In this document: positions 62,481 to 64,000 of the stretch, one piece after another | How positions within the stretch are numbered: position 1 is the stretch's first letter | Layout of the letters: every line of letters starts with the position of its first letter | NCBI RefSeq assembly: GCF_006345805.1 | Contig: NW_021834322.1 | Span: forward strand, 3,770-67,769 | Source of the DNA: Octopus sinensis | Lineage: Eukaryota | Length of the DNA: 64,000 bases | Direction: 5' to 3' | The notes under the pieces: generated by a model | Database searches by the model: none | What the model saw: only the letters and a program-made list of their open reading frames with translations | What the model was told of the DNA's origin: nothing | Position numbers and translations under genes: made by a program

Positions 62481-62588
62481 CTATCTATCTATCTATCTAT
62501 ATCTATCTAACTATCTATCTATCTATCTTCTATCTATCTATCTATCTACTTACCTATCTATCTATCTATCTATCTTCATCTAACTATC

Positions 62589-62633
<45 letters not shown>

Positions 62634-62688
62634 AGTCTGTCTATCTGTCTGTCTGTATGCATATATGTATGTATGTATGTATATATCT

Positions 62689-62729
<41 letters not shown>

Positions 62730-62737
62730 TATATATC

Positions 62738-62780
<43 letters not shown>
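60250..62780. repeat. Successive (CA)n, (TACA)n, (GATA)n, (GACA)n and (TCTA)n microsatellites
   Basis: Seen directly in sequence. Confidence 0.95.
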
Positions 62781-62927
62781 GAATGTATATATACACGCAC
62801 AGAAAGCTAACTACGCACGTGTCTGTATTCTACACATACGCAATAAATTATACAGCCCACCCATATATGCCCACAACTTTATATACACAATATATTGTCC
62901 AACAGTAACAGATATGTGTGTGTGGTG

Positions 62928-62958
<31 letters not shown>

Positions 62959-63364
62959 TGTGTGTGTGTACAATATGTCTTAATTACGACGTGTGTGTAT
63001 GTATGCCAATTTGGAGTAGGTGGGGGTACCTGCTTCACCCACCAAGTCAGCCCGAATTGAGTAAGCATATGAACAGAGACAATCCAGTCGTGACAACCCC
63101 ATCGAATTGCCCAACCTGACAACTACGTTGTCCCAATGAGTCTTTATTTTATTCTTTTAAAAAGACAGTATGTTGTGATTTGTGGATAGGTGGCTGTTGT
63201 TTCTAGACATCCGGGTGACCACATGATGGCTTCATATGATGATCTGAGTCGGTGCGTGTAGGGGGGAGGTTGCGTGGGTGATGGTAGGTCATTGAGGGGC
63301 GGAGGGGGAAAGAGTTTGGCAAAAGCAAATCGCAGTTGGTTCTGTGTGTGTGTGTGTGTGTGTG

Positions 63365-63717
63365 TTAGACATGATGGATTGTAAGGCGACGATGATGATA
63401 ATGATGATGGTAGTGATGACAGCGATGGTGATGATGATGCTGACGATAACAATGATGAAAATAACGATTATTGTAATGATGATGATGATGATCATCATCA
63501 TCACCATCATCATGACGACGGCGATGTAGGTGGCGACGAAGGTGGTGGAGGCGGAGGCGTTGGTGGTGTTTGTGGGGTGGGTGGGAGTGGTAGTGATAAA
63601 GATGATGACGATGAAGATGATGATGATTATGGCGAAGATGATGATGATCATGGTGGTGGCGATGATGATGATGAGGATGATGATGATGATGATGATGATG
63701 ACGATGATGACGATGAA

Positions 63718-63757
<40 letters not shown>

Positions 63758-63870
63758 GTGGCGATGATGATGATGATGGTGATGATGAGACGATGATGAT
63801 GGTGATGATGATGATGATGTTGAAGATGACGATGATGATGATGATGACGATGATGATGATGATGACGTTG
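63365..63870. repeat. (GAT)n microsatellite
   Basis: Seen directly in sequence. Confidence 0.95.
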
Positions 63871-64000
63871 TAATAAAGCTTCTTCTTGTTGCTCTGGTTG
63901 ACCATTGAATATGGAGGATAAAAATAACGGAATCGAACGATGACAACAAAGATGACGACGACGGCGAAAATGGTGAAGGCGGTGGTGGCGTCGGAAGCGG

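Overview
Eukaryotic, AT-rich, repeat-dominated DNA, most likely from an octopus. That assignment is inferred from recognisable tRNA/CORE-type cephalopod SINEs and extreme microsatellite density, not from a search. I cannot confidently call any host protein-coding gene, rRNA, tRNA gene or CRISPR array. Almost all ORFs in the track are artefacts of micro/minisatellites or degraded transposon fragments. The window contains dozens of SINE copies from about six families and fragments of RTE, CR1, R4/Dong-like and Penelope-like retroelements. It also holds mariner, maT (DD37D-type), Tc1 and Helitron remnants, two long foldback/MITE palindromes and an ~0.75 kb inverted paralogous segment. The most interesting signals are: (1) several hammerhead-ribozyme motifs in Penelope-type terminal repeats, one with an intact core at 471-597; (2) a ~23-copy 103-bp satellite built from the C-terminal coding region of an RTE LINE; (3) a ~29-copy 66-bp satellite grown from an internal module of an RTE-tailed SINE; (4) a scrambled Penelope RT/GIY-YIG locus with inverted and direct duplications. 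Coordinates were read by eye: structured motifs should be within a few bases, while repeat boundaries are approximate.
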